Assembly: GCA_030264375.1 (NCBI GenBank)
Contig: JASCQW010000122.1
Coordinates: 27,292,690-27,356,689, forward strand
Reading direction: 5' to 3'
DNA length: 64,000 nt
Source of the DNA: Carcharhinus longimanus
Taxonomy: Eukaryota
Under the pieces are notes generated by a model that saw nothing but the letters and a program-made list of their open reading frames with translations, ran no database searches and had not been told where the DNA came from. Below, in pieces: positions 13,185 to 27,589 of the stretch. Position 1 is the first letter of the stretch. Each line of letters begins with the position of its first letter. The position numbers and the translations under genes are program-made.

Positions 13185-16100
13185 TGTACTGTTTACGTGG
13201 TGGCAGCGTATTTTAATTTGCCTGGATTGTAAGTTTATCGAAGAGGTCAAAAGATAAAGTTTCTAATTTTTTTCCAGACTAAAATACTGTTGTGTTTATT
13301 ATTTCTGATGATTTCTCCAGATGTAACATAGTTATTTGCTGTGAGAATAATGGGTGTTCTGTATGTTTTAGAAAAAAAGAAATAAAATATTGGCGTTTTT
13401 TGATATTGTAATGCCGAATTTTGTTGAACAGACTTGTTGTAAACTAAAATAAAATGTAAGCATTCCTTGTTACCCAAATGTGTAGTTTCATCCAAACATT
13501 GGCTCAAAAAACAGGGAAGCAGCTGGTTCGTCAATAAAATGCCATTTATGGCCAAGATATTTGCTGAAACGCCATCAGTTGAGAGGCCTAAAATTTCATG
13601 GCGTCCATGCTTGAGGACATAACAGTTTAGCAGGAAACTAGCTGGATCGGTATTTTACATAATGCATTCGTGTATCTTAATCAGATGAATACATTATTCT
13701 ACACAGCAAAGGAAACACCACTTCAACTTTTCAGTAATTATTCCGAAGTATTTTGAGTTAACTGTTACCTGTTACATGCTGTATTTTATCTCATGTAGTG
13801 AGGTTGGTGTTTATTTTGGAGTCACGCTTTGCATTACTATCACGTCTGCTGTCTCCCTTCACGGCTTTAGTTTTGAAATCTCAGAGAGTTGTTAATTAAA
13901 CTAACTAAGTTAGGAAACTGCTGTGAAACCGATGGCTGATCCGCAAAGTGATTCTTTTTTTCAATCAAAAACTTTTCAAAAAGTCCTTTCAATTTATAGT
14001 GAATGTTATTGGGAAGGCCGACTGATTCTCCGAGGGAACTGGAACTATTTACAGTTAAGGGTACAACCTGTAGACCTATTTCGCAATGTCAGTGCACCTC
14101 ACTTTGCTGTATACACACACGCGCACGCTCACAAGGTAGAAGTATATTAAATATGATTTTTTTAAATTGCCTTTATGACAATTTTTTATTTTTTTTAAAT
14201 GGAGTTCCTGCGAGTAAAAGGATAGTTTCTATTCTGAGAGTGGTGTGATATCTAAATAGTACCCTCAAATCAGCCAAATGCCCTTGCTGGATCAAGTACA
14301 GACCAACCAAGTTTAGTGAGTCCTTGAAAGCACAGATACGTGCCGGCGCTTGTATACTGAAAATATATTTTAACCATTCCTATTTTTGCAGAAGGTCACG
14401 GATATAGTCCTTTACAGATGAACAACTCTAGATTATTCCGTGTGTATTTTTATGGTTGACATCCAAGAAAGCATCAGCGCCGTGTTCTGATTTTCAGATA
14501 GCATTGCTGTTAGTTTATTGCGTGGAAGCTGTCAACAGTGTTCTCAGATGATTCGCAAGTGACAAGACGCTAACTAGGTGGCTCTGAGCCTTGCATTGTG
14601 TTTTAATTTGTTATGCGTCATGGTTGAAAATAAACACAACACAGAAGCCAAAATATGTTGCCTCTTGTGTGAAGTAATAACAAAATTGTGCCTTGTATTG
14701 TTGGCGATACTAACTTTATGACAACAGTGTCAGCATGAACTTTAAGGCGTTTATATAGTAAACACTCAACAGTTTAACCAACAGAAAACAACGACTACAA
14801 ATAATCAAAAGTACTTTTATTTTGTATTGAGTGTCCTAAAAGTACCTTGTCTGACCTAATCTATACTCTATCAAGAGCTGACCGATAAACACCCATTGTT
14901 AAACTTCTAATTTTGCACTTTGATTGCATTTTAAAATTGATTAAGTTGCAAAGCGTCTGCTAACTAAAAGACAGTCTTGTAGGAAAAAGGCGTGGTGCCC
15001 TCTTGCTAACGCAACTTTCCTGATGCAACAACTGTGTTGTATCTGATTCAGTACCAACCTGTAGAAATTTCATTTCTTTTCAATAATCAGTTCAACTTTA
15101 CATCAAAAAATAAAACAAAATGCCTGTTTTTGATTTTTTTGGCTTTGGGTGACCAGTTCCAACATCCCACTTTCATGAGATTCTATGGCTGCATATCAAG
15201 TACATATGCATTAAAATAATAAGATTTAGAACTACGGTTAGTTTGTTAATTCAAACAATATGGTGATATGATGAAATATAGTCACACCTTTGAATATAGG
15301 AGCCATTCCAAATATGTAAGAGCGTATGTAGAAGTATAATTATGTTTCGAAGATTTACGATTGTAGTAATCCTCCTTTTTCCAAGGTCTTTTTTTTAGTA
15401 ATTTTGCAGGCTTCTCTGTTACTTAGTTCTTTCATCTGATGGTATTTCAATTTTCCAGATTTTATTTGTAACACACTTTCTACACAATTCAGGTAAAATC
15501 AATTTGTTTACACCTCATGTCCACATACCAGTGGTACTAAAGTGGTTACTGGCCAATCAAAATATTTAATAAACACGGAGACTAATTTCTTGTTCTCATC
15601 TTTCCATCATTTATTCATTTGGTTTCATGTTATTTCCCCTCCTCAACATCTTAACTACCAATATAACTTGTCACCCATTTCCCCCACAGAAATAATTTTC
15701 TCGCTCGGTGCCTGGGATTAATGGTCAGACAAGAACTGTTGAGGGAAAACGATTTCAGAAAGTCACTATCACAAACCTGTTTAAATAAGAAGGACATGCA
15801 ACTAAGCAGCTTTTACATTTTTATCAGAATATGCATCAAGTAAGACATTTAACATGACTAGCTTATCTGTTCCATTATTTGGCAAAACTTCTTATTTAGA
15901 AATATAAAACTTAAGGATGCATGATGGCATGTTTCAATTCCGTTAGGCATGTGAATGATTACTTTATCAGCCATGGTCTAAGTGAAAGATGGGGCAGGCT
16001 CGATGGGCTGAATGGCCTACGTCTGTTCCTTTGTTTATCTGTATCACGCGATCATCATTATAATGGGGAATGCACAAATCATGTACAGTTCTTTTTAAGG

Positions 16101-19100
16101 ACTAATAACGTTTACACTTTGAAGGGTGGACTTATAAAGCATAGGTAAAGGATGGATTGCAGAGTGATGTCTGAGAAATAAGAGACGCTAACTGTACAAA
16201 GGCTCATCATAAACGTGGACATCTCCTCTTAGTACTTAAACGTTCAGGTTCCCAAATCTCTGCTTTTGTTTGATATATGGTCATTTCTATAAATATGGCT
16301 GCACATACCCCGTTGTCATATTTGTACCTTACACAAATATGTATTTCTTTTATTTGGTGCAAAACACTGGAAAGTTTTGTATAGCAAACACTCCAATCAT
16401 TCCAAACAGATATAACCTTTCCATCACTCTCCGGAACAGTCTTCAGAATGACCATGCGGATCATTTGTAGTGAGCTTAGTTCAGCTTCGGCGGCCTGCGG
16501 GTATTTTGCAGTTTAACACTGCACTAATTTGCGTCGAACTCTTCAAAATATCTGTTCAACTCTGGCGTTAATCTGTGCCTATCTCTCAGGAACGCTTTGC
16601 AGCTTTCCGGGGAGGGGGGAGAGGAACAGCGGCAATTGATAGGTCAGTATATTTGTTTACAAACTTTATTTGTGCATAGAATGTGTTTATTTTATCCAGA
16701 GGGACGAGATACAAAGCACCTTCGAGATAATCACGTTCCAGTATCGACTTGGGCGATGCAAACTCTGCGAGGGGCCATTAAAGAGCATTAATAGATTGGC
16801 ATAGCATTATGCTTTAGTTGGTATTGATCGTAAAATGTCTGTAAAATATTGTTTCAATGAGAGCTGTATTGTTCATCGCACGCTCTTGGAATATTGTGAC
16901 CTTGGTTTGTTGGCACGGAGGGGAAGGGGGTGGGTGGGAATGAAAATGAGCGCTCAATACCTAGGGGGCCTTCAAACTTCATCTCCAAACTCCAAATAAA
17001 CTGTGATACTCGTCATATGTGTTTCTTTTTTTTTAAAAAGAGTAAGTCAGAATGGAGGTTAATTGCTGCTAAAATGTCTTCATTCGCGTTTCGAACCCTT
17101 GTCTCTTGTAAAGGCATCTCTGAAATAGGTTTACTTAGTAAATGAATCGTGATTCGCGCTTTCCGGCCGAGCCCAATTTATTATTCTGCAGACTAACATC
17201 ATCAGATATACAAAATAAGTCGCAGGGTTGAAGTATCTGCTGCTCAGTTGGAAACCTGTACCTTGTTCTACCCGATGTCAAGTGTGAGCCCTACTGAGCA
17301 TCACCCGGGTCTATTATTATTTTTTTAGATCCGCAGTTTAAAGAATCCTTTGCACCTCTGAGTCCCATTCGCCTCAGTGATGGAGTGTAACCATCAGATT
17401 TTCATCAAAGTTCTATTAAGTGAAACATAGGTTGCAGGGCACCTCTGATTGAAACAGTTTAAATTTTAATTGTGTTTTTAATTTGACATATAGTTGCTGA
17501 AAAGAATGACACTACACGCTACGGGGCGGTCGATTTTCTTAATTCATCCCCGAGGAATTGATGAGTCTATCAGTCCAGTAGATTGGAAACCCATTAACGC
17601 TCTATGGTTTACGCGTCTTAGGTTGTTAATTGGAACTTGATGGATTGTAGCCCTTTGATAGGCTATGCTGATCTAATCTCGATGACTTCTGTTTTCCAAT
17701 AAATTACACAATTCATTTTCCAGCCCCGATTACATAAATTGTACACCTCCAGGCTCCCGTGGAATAGGGAGCCTTTTTTGCAGCCCATTGTGAGATGTCA
17801 TTTGTACCAGCAACACCAAGCTTTTGAATGAAAATCGAAACATAATCAACGTTTATACTTAGAAAATTTATTGATATCATTTTCTTCGGTAATTTCCTTA
17901 TTTTAAAGTTCGACGCGCCATACATCATAATACACACGTGTAAAGGACTGTGTTTAATATTTATCGAAGCTTGATTCCCAGATCAAACTTGTTTATGACT
18001 TCATCTGTCACGGCAGGTGGAACCTTTGCAATATTATAGGCGGTCAGGAGGCTATTTCTAGCAGCATAAACCTACTAAAGATCAATTTTCATTAGTGACA
18101 ATGCGCTCCTGACATCCTCTATACTTTTTTTGGGGGGGGNNNNNNNNNNNNNNNNNNNNNNNNNNNNNNNNNNNNNNNNNNNNNNNNNNNNNNNNNNNNN
18201 NNNNNNNNNNNNNNNNNNNNNNNNNNNNNNNNNNNNNNNNNNNNNNNNNNNNNNNNNNNNNNNNNNNNNNNNNNNNNNNNNNNCGGAAATAAAATCACCT
18301 CACAAAGCTACAAGCTATGCGGCGAAGGGCAGCAGAGGCGTCTTAGGGCGAATCTTTTTTAAAATAAGTGATTTTAACCGCTCTCTTTAAGCAGATGTCC
18401 ACGTTTAACAGGCTTTTAAATAGTAAAGGTTCTCAAAATGTGCCAATTTAATATGTCAAAGCAGATTTCACGCCTTATCTTTATTACCTCCAAACTCCAT
18501 TCAAACACGGCTGCCTGCTTAGCTGTAGGCAATACATCACATGGTAAAATGTTTGCTCATGTGCACATATGGCTACCGAATTCGGATTTTAGTTCAGCAA
18601 CTTAAAGAGAAACTTAATTATCAACAATTACACACGGTGCAAGTACATTTTTTATATAATTTAGTACAATACTATGGCAATTCAAGCATGAACAAATGAT
18701 AACTTGGCTTCCAATATAACATTTGCAACAAATTAAGTCTAGTTACGCTCTGGAAAATATGGAAACGTGTTTTTGTTTTGGCGAAGTGCGTTTTGTATTA
18801 CAAGTCACATAGCTGGAAAATTCCAAATGGATTTAAATCAGTTGTAGCAGCGTGTGTGATCTCCCAATGAGTTGTATGACATCCGAGTTTAGTGTCTACA
18901 TCAGGAACCCGGAGGATAAGTCCGCTCGGGTTGTAACTTTCTGAAGCTGCGACAATTTCTATTTGTTGTTTAAATGCTGGCTGCAGCCCCAGAGTCTGAC
19001 TGAAAGCGGAATGAAGACTGATCATCCAGCGCCGTTTGCAAGGGCGCGCCATGCTAACGAGCTGACACAATGATTAAAGCTGACCATTTGTAATGTGTCG

Positions 19101-19439
19101 CGACCCCGTGAAAGCATGAAAAGGTTAATGTGGTAGAACGGTGCGGGGCTCTCACACCTGCCGCCCAGAGCAGGACAGGAGCGCAGCCCCTGTCAATCAA
19201 TCAATTAACCAAGCCCTTTCCGCAGTCAGCTCTCAACAGCCAGCACAATAATCAAGTAAACAAAGTCGAACTCCTATAAGATCGATTCGGGTTTGCTACA
19301 GCAACCTTCAAATGTAGAAACAAAGTATTAGCATGGTGATGTTTAATTGGATAACACGCGGTGTATAAAGAGACAGCCTCAAAATATGACTGTACTGGAA
19401 TTAATATAATGTAGTAAGACTCCTTTTTGGAACAAGGGC

Positions 19440-19472
19440 CTCTCTCTCTCTATACACACACACACACACACA
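19440..19472 (+). repeat. (TC)n(CA)n microsatellite
   Basis: ctctctctctctatacacacacacacacacaca. Confidence 0.9.
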
Positions 19473-22400
19473 AATGTCAATGGAACTGTACTTGTTAATC
19501 GAATTGCTTTTTTGCAACTATTAAAATACAGGATAATCAACTAAGGGGGTCGTAGAGGTCTGTAATATATGAAGGAAGTGAATGTAAATATGGTGAACGC
19601 ATTAGTGGCAAAGTTCTGCTTACTATTAAATTAAGCCCGTGTAATTTTAGGTATTTGGCAATTATGACCCTCTCAAAAGTTAGCTCCAATTAATCTTATG
19701 CTTACAAGGTTCCACTATATAATGAGATAATCAATAGAAGAGATCATGCTAATCTTTCGACAATCTACCAACTTTATAGGGAAGCAAGAACTGTCATTCA
19801 AATCAGTAATGTGATACTTTGAGGAGTTAATGTACCTAGAAAGCGATTTAAATCTAATCAGCATATTTCCAGCTTTGTGTTTATTAACCGCCCATCATCA
19901 TCATTTATCAACATCATGTCATCCTACAAACTCTGCCTGGTCAACACGGTTAATGCGTTATTTTAATGGTTCACATATCTGTACATCAAGAAATACTCAG
20001 ATTATGGAATAGTTGCATTTTATTCCATGAACCGGCTAACCAGCCAGTTCCTTAATTAAACCTAGGATTCAATTAGACAGCTATAAATTAACCCATTTCT
20101 TAATGGTACATCTCCCTCAACTAATCTAGCTGCGGTGTTGGAAATTTTGTCATTGATTAATTTATTCATTCACTAATCAACGAACTGTCCAATAAGCACT
20201 AAATACATGGTGTGTTTCTCACACTTGCATATCTGTTGCTGATAGTAAATAAATTGTCGAGGCTTGCAATGACATGACAACTACCCATGTTGCGCCACTT
20301 GGCTGTTCTATCAGATCCATTGCAATTGTATCAGCAACATTGGGGAAGCGGCGAGAATAAAGATACATTGTGTTTGGGACTATTATAGTATGTGGATAAT
20401 TAACAGAACTGCATTTCTATGTTTGAGACGCTTTGTTTTGAATACTTCTTTCCACTCCGTATTCCTTGGCAAATTGTTAAATACGCACATTGGATGCAAC
20501 TACAGAAATATACAGCTGCATCTTCCATTCATTTGGTTCTACGTCTAGAATGTTATTGCTACAACCAGACATATCTTCAAATGCTTTTATGAAACGCAAG
20601 TTCCGGAAAAATTCCGATCAGTTTGTTTCTATCCCTGATCTCAAGAATAGAACAATGAAGTGGCCAAAACGCTCTAAAGTCCGCAGCGAATTAATAATCG
20701 ATTCAAACATAAAAGAGGGTTCATTTAGCATCAATTATTCAATATCGTCCATTCCAATAGGAATGTCAAGTAACTGTATCTGACTATTAGTAATCATAGT
20801 CCAATTGAATACTAATGACGAGTTTAAAATTCCGATTACTAAGTTGTTTATCTTATTTTTCCTCCTGTCATATCAATAATCTGTTGAATGTCTGTTGCGA
20901 TCTCATATTGCATCTTTTCCAGCGTCGCCATGATGCCTGACGCCAAGAAATGTGCATCCAATGTAATTGCTGTAACTGGTACATGACCCTCTAACCGCAC
21001 TTAACCTTCGATTTTAGTCAGCTTATAAGTACAAAACCAACTGCTCATAAATTCAGTCGGATGCTAACACAACTGTGGTGCCAAACAAAACAAAGAGAAG
21101 CATCCCTTCAGTTGCTTAAATTCCAGCCTCCAATATCAACGGTTTCTTGTGACCAGTCCTCATCATAGTATAGACTGGTAATCAAGTCTTATTCTTTACC
21201 CCGTCAACAGTCACATTTTGGTAAAGTTTAACTAATCCAACATACACCAGACTCACTCAGCGTGATCAGTTTCCAATCAATATTAGCACCCCAGCTTTTT
21301 TTTTAACTTGGAAACTAAATTTGATTGCAGTTAAGTAACCGAACGTATTTAGCCATCGGTTAAGAAAACTAGCATCAGCTATGTATTTTTTATGGACGTC
21401 GTTAGCAACCAAATGTCGCTTCAACCAGAAACCATCATTATCCGAATTTATTCAGCGTTTGTTATTAGGCTATGCCTGTTCGCAATCCGAACATAACCGC
21501 TTTAACCTTCCACAGAATAGTAAACAGACTTAATCTAAACTCCCAGTGAGGATCTTGATATGCAGCCATTGTGCGTTAGGGAACTCAGACACCAAGCCAA
21601 ACTCATTCAAAATTTCCAATGTCGTTCGTTATTCGCTTCCAGTTCCCACTACTGTGTTATAAGGCTCCTGGTGTGATCATGATTACCCGCCTCCTAATCT
21701 CCAAACTAAACAATAAAACTCAACTGCATTTCTATTTGCATTTTGAAAAAAAATGTTTCATGAATGAATTCCAGTATTGAAACAGAACCCAACATTTTGC
21801 TAGTTACAGCCTAGTGACTGCTCACACCACCAATCCTTACAACAACATTATAAAACGGGGGAAAGCTTGCACCAAATCGGGTCGAATTAGTCATAATGGG
21901 CTGAAGAATTATTTCCCATGTGCACGATCTCTCAATAAGGCAAACAAAATGAATTTTGCTATTTAATTCCCAATTAGTATTCTTCATTTTCACATTCTGA
22001 TAACATTTTAGTGAATATTCAGATTCATGACTTTCCACCCATCCCCACCTAGCCCATTCCCACTCCCATTCACATGCTCTTTCGAAAAAAAGCAACATCC
22101 CAACAGGACACAGGTAGAAGGCCGTTAGCAATTTAATCTATTTTATAGGCATGTAACTGGGAGCAGTCCCATTCCTGATCTTCGGTGAGCAATAACCAGC
22201 CTTCTCGGAGCCTAGTATCGAGTTGGACGGTTATACTGTCAAGTGACCTGCACCACAGCCTATCGTTCATTAAAACTTAAAACCAGTAAACAAATCAGAA
22301 TCACCACGTGCGTGTATTGGGGCTGCATCTATTGTCACACAATAGTGCATCATCTTCCTCCAAAGCGAGAATATATTTTAACATTACAAACATCAACAAT

Positions 22401-22477
22401 CAATCACATTCTTGGGTTAACCTCATCTTCCCTCAGCTTGTGTAAAGTTCAAAATTTCCGGGACTGACTGCTGTTTT

Positions 22478-22520
22478 TGATTGGCTGCAGCAACTCAAAC
22501 CTACATGCAAATCAGCCAAC
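22478..22520 (+). promoter_or_regulatory. Candidate HMX2 proximal promoter (reverse CCAAT plus octamer)
   Basis: GATTGG at 22479-22484 and ATGCAAAT at 22505-22512, about 200 nt upstream of the ATG. Confidence 0.45.
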
Positions 22521-22700
22521 GCCACTGACTAGGCAGCAGATCAATACAGGTTTACGGGGCGCAGAGAATGCATTCAGCCCGTGCATGCTCAGGGAAAACG
22601 ACTGCAGAACAAAGCCACAACAATATACGCCGTCTGACACNNNNNNNNNNTTCTGCAGACGATTGTAAGTAAGTTTATTTTCTTTTTTTATGAACACAGA

Positions 22701-22965
22701 ATGAGTAACAAAGACGACATCACTAAGTGTTCTCCAGCTCCGATCTCCAGCTTTACGATACAGTCCATTCTCGGGACCTCGTCGGAGGAAGAACGCACAG
22801 GTTGCAAAGACAATGCCAAAGTAAATGCCAGGAAGCGCTGTTTATCCGACTCCTCGGACGAAGAGTTAACCGAGGAAGGATACAAAGACCTAGCCTGCTT
22901 CTGTTCTGACTCTGGCCCCGCAGAGCCCTGTCGCAGACACCAGCCTATCAGCTACACTTGTGTGA
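22701..22965 (+). CDS. HMX2: H6 family homeobox 2 (NKX5-2), exon 1
   Basis: MSNKDD...ISSFTIQSILG (eh1 motif); phase-1 donor A|gtaagt at 22966 is the one compatible with exon 2. Confidence 0.93.
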
Positions 22966-24037
22966 GTAAGTAAAGCGAAATCATTTCTATTTATCGAGCA
23001 GCGTTATCCTCAACTCTCTTTTGTGTATAGTTTGGAGAATGATTTTGAGAAAACAGTGCGCTTGCCCTTAATAATGTTTAACTTTAAATGAAACAGTCTT
23101 TATTTATAGCTCTTTTTAGACATATTGTTCCATCCTATCGTATATTCTTGTATCTTACTCCATTCTCCCTGACGCCCAAGCTAATACCAACATTGTAAAC
23201 CCATTTAAGTCAACAATGCCTCTTACATTTCAACCGAAACTATTAGGAACTCTCTGCAATCAGATAGCATCTGTGGACTCTAATACTTTGGGTGAATTTG
23301 GTCGGGGAAGCTACTTTGTGCAAACATAAAGGAATTCCATATTTTACCGCGGACGGGAAGCACTCGCACGATTTTCCTTCGGCACCAGCAACTTTGCATT
23401 TCAAAAAACAACACAGCCATTTAGTGAATAGAATTGAAGGGACAGTTATGTTATTACTGTAACACCAGGTAAGAGACTGCGATAGCCGTGCTGTACTGCC
23501 ATCATTCACACCAGATTGCTTCAGGATTGTAATCCATTTACATGGCTACTTACTTTAATCACATTTAATATTGCGAATTATGATGCAAATCAAGCCATAT
23601 TTCGTCCTGTTCATCTTGAAGGAAGCCCGACAAACATAGGCAAGCGGCGGCATTTAGCAAAATTCTTGGCAGAAAATACAGGTGAGGTTGTCCGCTAATT
23701 CGACGTACATATATAGATAGTTATAGAGGTGGAAAATATGTTTTCTTATCACCTAATCTTAAAAATGTTCACTCCTCTTGCTGCCGTTGACACCTTTATA
23801 ATATAGTTTTCTTTGTATTTGAAGGCAGTTTCTCATATCAAGTTTTTATGCAATGATGCATGTCATACATTGCAGACCGGATTAAAACAACAAAATAATT
23901 GTAACTATGTGTGTCGATCCCTTATTCTTGTCATATAATTTTACAAAATATCTGTAAAGAGGCAGGATAGTGAAAAGTCGAGGAGTGCAGATTGGCTGTA
24001 ATATATCTGAGAAATGCCTTATTTTTCTGCTTTCTAG

Positions 24038-24579
24038 GTAATTCTAAAGGAGTTGGCACCGCTGGGCAGGAAAGTGCGGAGAGAAGGCAGCAGCAGTACC
24101 TGTCGCAAGATGGTCAGGTTTACAAGGAAGAAAAAGAAAAGAACTGCATGCAGACATCAACAGACAGACAGAGGGAGGGAGACAGACAAGGGAACCCGAC
24201 CAAGAAGAAAACTCGCACTGTTTTCTCTCGCAGCCAGGTCTACCAGCTGGAATCCACCTTCGACATGAAACGTTACCTGAGTAGCTCGGAGAGAGCTTGC
24301 CTCGCCACCAGCCTCCAGCTCACAGAGACCCAGGTCAAAACCTGGTTCCAAAACCGCAGGAACAAGTGGAAGCGACAGCTCTCAGCGGAACTCGAGGCGG
24401 CCAACATGGCTCACGCGTCAGCGCAGACTCTAGTAGGAATGCCTCTCGTTTTCAGAGACAATTCCCTTTTGAGGGTTCCAGTCCCCAGATCAATTGCGTT
24501 CCCTGCTCCTTTGTACTACCCAGGCAACAACCTTACAGCTCTTCCCTTCTACAATCTCTACAACAAAATCGAATACTGA
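24038..24579 (+). CDS. HMX2: HMX2 exon 2 with homeobox, stop TGA
   Basis: Acceptor tttctag|; [77 protein letters not shown]...LYNKIEY, with the HMX2-specific VKTW. Total 268 aa. Confidence 0.96.
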
Positions 24580-27500
24580 CATTTTCTGCTCCACGTCTCT
24601 TTATAATTGTTTAACAATTAAATTGTATATTTATATAATATCCGTATCTGTTTAAAATATATCTTTCTTATATGCAACCACTTGCATAATTATAAAGACA
24701 ACGTGCTTCTCTATAAATTGTATTAAATATACAGTGTATATATGGATTATTTTGCAGTTTCTTATTTGATAATAAGACTTATTTAACTCCTACAATTGAA
24801 GATGGGTGCATTATACTAAAAATATTCACGTCAAAATAGATTTTTTCAGAATGTATAAAAGACACGTGCAGAAAATGAAGTACTGTACTGATTTTAAGAA
24901 TAATTCTTAATGGCTAACAGCAAACCATATGTGTATATCTCATCTGAGGACGTTGCTCAACTATGGTGATAGGAATTTATTTTTGACATAAACGCATTTT
25001 TTGACAAGGGAAATTAATAGTCAATAACGACGTACAAGGAATACACATGGTTATTCTGCACATGATTCTTTTTTACGTTGATTTTTCACTCACGCCATCG
25101 AAAGCAACGCTGACATAATGGCATTTGCAACAGGAAATGCAGACGGATGTGGATTATATGTCAAACATAATTTAGAAAACTTTGTTCATATGCTTAATTA
25201 ATAAATTGAAAATCGGAAACAGGAAAAACAATATCAGTAGCACGTTGTTGTGTAATGTTGCCCGAACGTTATACTTCCAAAGAAATTTGAATGTTTTGCT
25301 ACTAGGTAAACCAGAAACTTCCTGTGCAAAAGATTAGAGTTCGCAATTCTCACAAGTAGTACCCCCGAATCTTACAAATTGTTGCAAAAAATACACAAAC
25401 CTTGTCGAAAAGGCAATGATGCAATTGCAAGGTACAATAATGGATACTTCAAATATTTTACTTATTCTTAAATTTGGTGCCTTTGACATGAGGAACACAT
25501 TCAGGTTGGCATTTTCAGGGTAATGCATTTGGGCAAAGGAAAGATTAATTAAAATTAATTAAAAGATTAATTAAAAGAGTACTTAAAATCTTGGGAGATA
25601 GTTTTTTTAATTTAAATAATCTGTAAAGCCACCTTTTCGCGCTATTCAACTTATTTGCAAAATTTTTAAAAGGCACGTCATTTTTCACTACAATAGAACG
25701 ACGATCTTAAATACGAAAAAAGGACAATGTCTGCATTTTTGAACTATGCAGACTGAAGCAAGTGGTCGAAAATTACACCTCTCAGAGACGAAGCAGCGTA
25801 GGACGTCTCTTAAAATTCAACTTCAAGGGTATGTTATAACAGTTTAGGCGCACTAAGAATTTTTAATGTAAACAAATAGCCAAAAATAGGAGAAGCTGGA
25901 AGTGTAGCATAGGCATTGTTTATGTATGTCTTATTGCGGCGATGCACCACTCTACAAACTGTACATTGTCATTTCCCCCGAGTTAGCACTGACATTTTAC
26001 TTTACTTGAACGTTTACAAGATGAACGATCAATACCTTCAGTTATTGAAATTAACTGATGACCAACATACACAATTGTTGAATCTTCACCCTTATCTCTA
26101 GTTTGAAACTCCACATTTTCCGCACGCCGTTCAGTTGAACGTAGAAAAATGTGTCATCTTTCAGCATTACCAGACTGCGATAATAGTTACTGCCTAAATT
26201 AAATGTAACATCGTTCAATCAACAATTTAGAAGAATTAAGTGCAGGGCAGTTGTTTGCTCTGACATAAACATTTGCATCGCCAAATCTTTTATCAAAATT
26301 TGGGGGAGCAATATATTTTCTTCACAAATTCTGACATCTGTTATGAAATAACGTATCTATGTTGTATTTCTACTCCACTAAACATTAATTAATGTAACAA
26401 CAGAAAGGCACCTAATATTTGAAAGGACAATATGGATTTTTAATGTTGCTACTATAAATATGCACCCACATGTTGCACAACGGTGCAATTCAAGACAATA
26501 AAGCCGAATTTGCTTTGATTTGCATTTGAACTTCTTGGTCGAATTTTAGAGAGTAATTCGAACTTTACTTACGGTCTCTGAAAATATTGGGTAATAATGC
26601 ATGCACCTGCTCTGTCAAGAAAAATCAGTTAAAAGCGGTAATACATGAAAGCTATTATTTTTATTAAATACATTATGTCTAAAAACAGTAACATCTACTC
26701 AGTGTAATACGCAACAGAACATAGTTTATGACATCATTTTCTGTTATATAACGTTAGTCAAATATAACGTACTTTCGACTTGCATTTATGCGAATTGCAA
26801 TTGGGGCCCGCAATAAAATCAAGAACTGCTTTGACACAATTTATTAAGATATCTTTATATAACACTTTTTTCGCATTTAAACAAGTATGGTCAAACAGAA
26901 CCGATACCACCCTGAAAAGTGGGAGTTGTAGATAATACTGCGAAATTACGGAATGGGTATGTTGGAACAAGAAAAGGATCATTTCGAACTGAGAACAATT
27001 TGAAAGTCTTCAGTAGCATTTATTCCTTGGAACATTTTGGAGAAAAACACATTTTTAAACAAAAATAACAAAGTCCTGCAGGTAAGTTGGTTTATTCAAT
27101 AAAATAACAGTCACAAACTAAATTACAAAAAAAGTAAACTAAAATGTTATCAGCAGCAGTACAAACGTATATGTCTATTTATGAATAGCGTCAATAGTAT
27201 TCGTAACAGTTTGAATAATATGCACGGTATTGAATGTCCGGATAGCACCAGATAACAACCCACTAAGGTAACATTCATCCATTATGCATACGCGTTATAT
27301 TTTAATTACTTTAACAGTACTGATACCCTCAGTATAGCCTCCATGCATACAGGTTTTTGTTGACTGCATTGTACTTTCATTAAAACGATAAGAGTTACTG
27401 CCTCCGTGGGATGAAAATCAAAACCATCGTGGCTCGCTTTCAAGTAGCGGTTCACGATATTTTAACATTTATGCTAATATTATACGACTGCAAATGTTAT

Positions 27501-27589
27501 GCTTTCAAAACATTTGAACTATGTAGCCANNNNNNNNNNTCCAAGTTCGCAGGACTCGTGTTATTTTGCAATCATTCTCCCCGATTTGC

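Noticed and set aside
23992-24037. N-terminal extension of the HMX2 exon-2 ORF
   Set aside because: This is the intronic polypyrimidine tract and acceptor.
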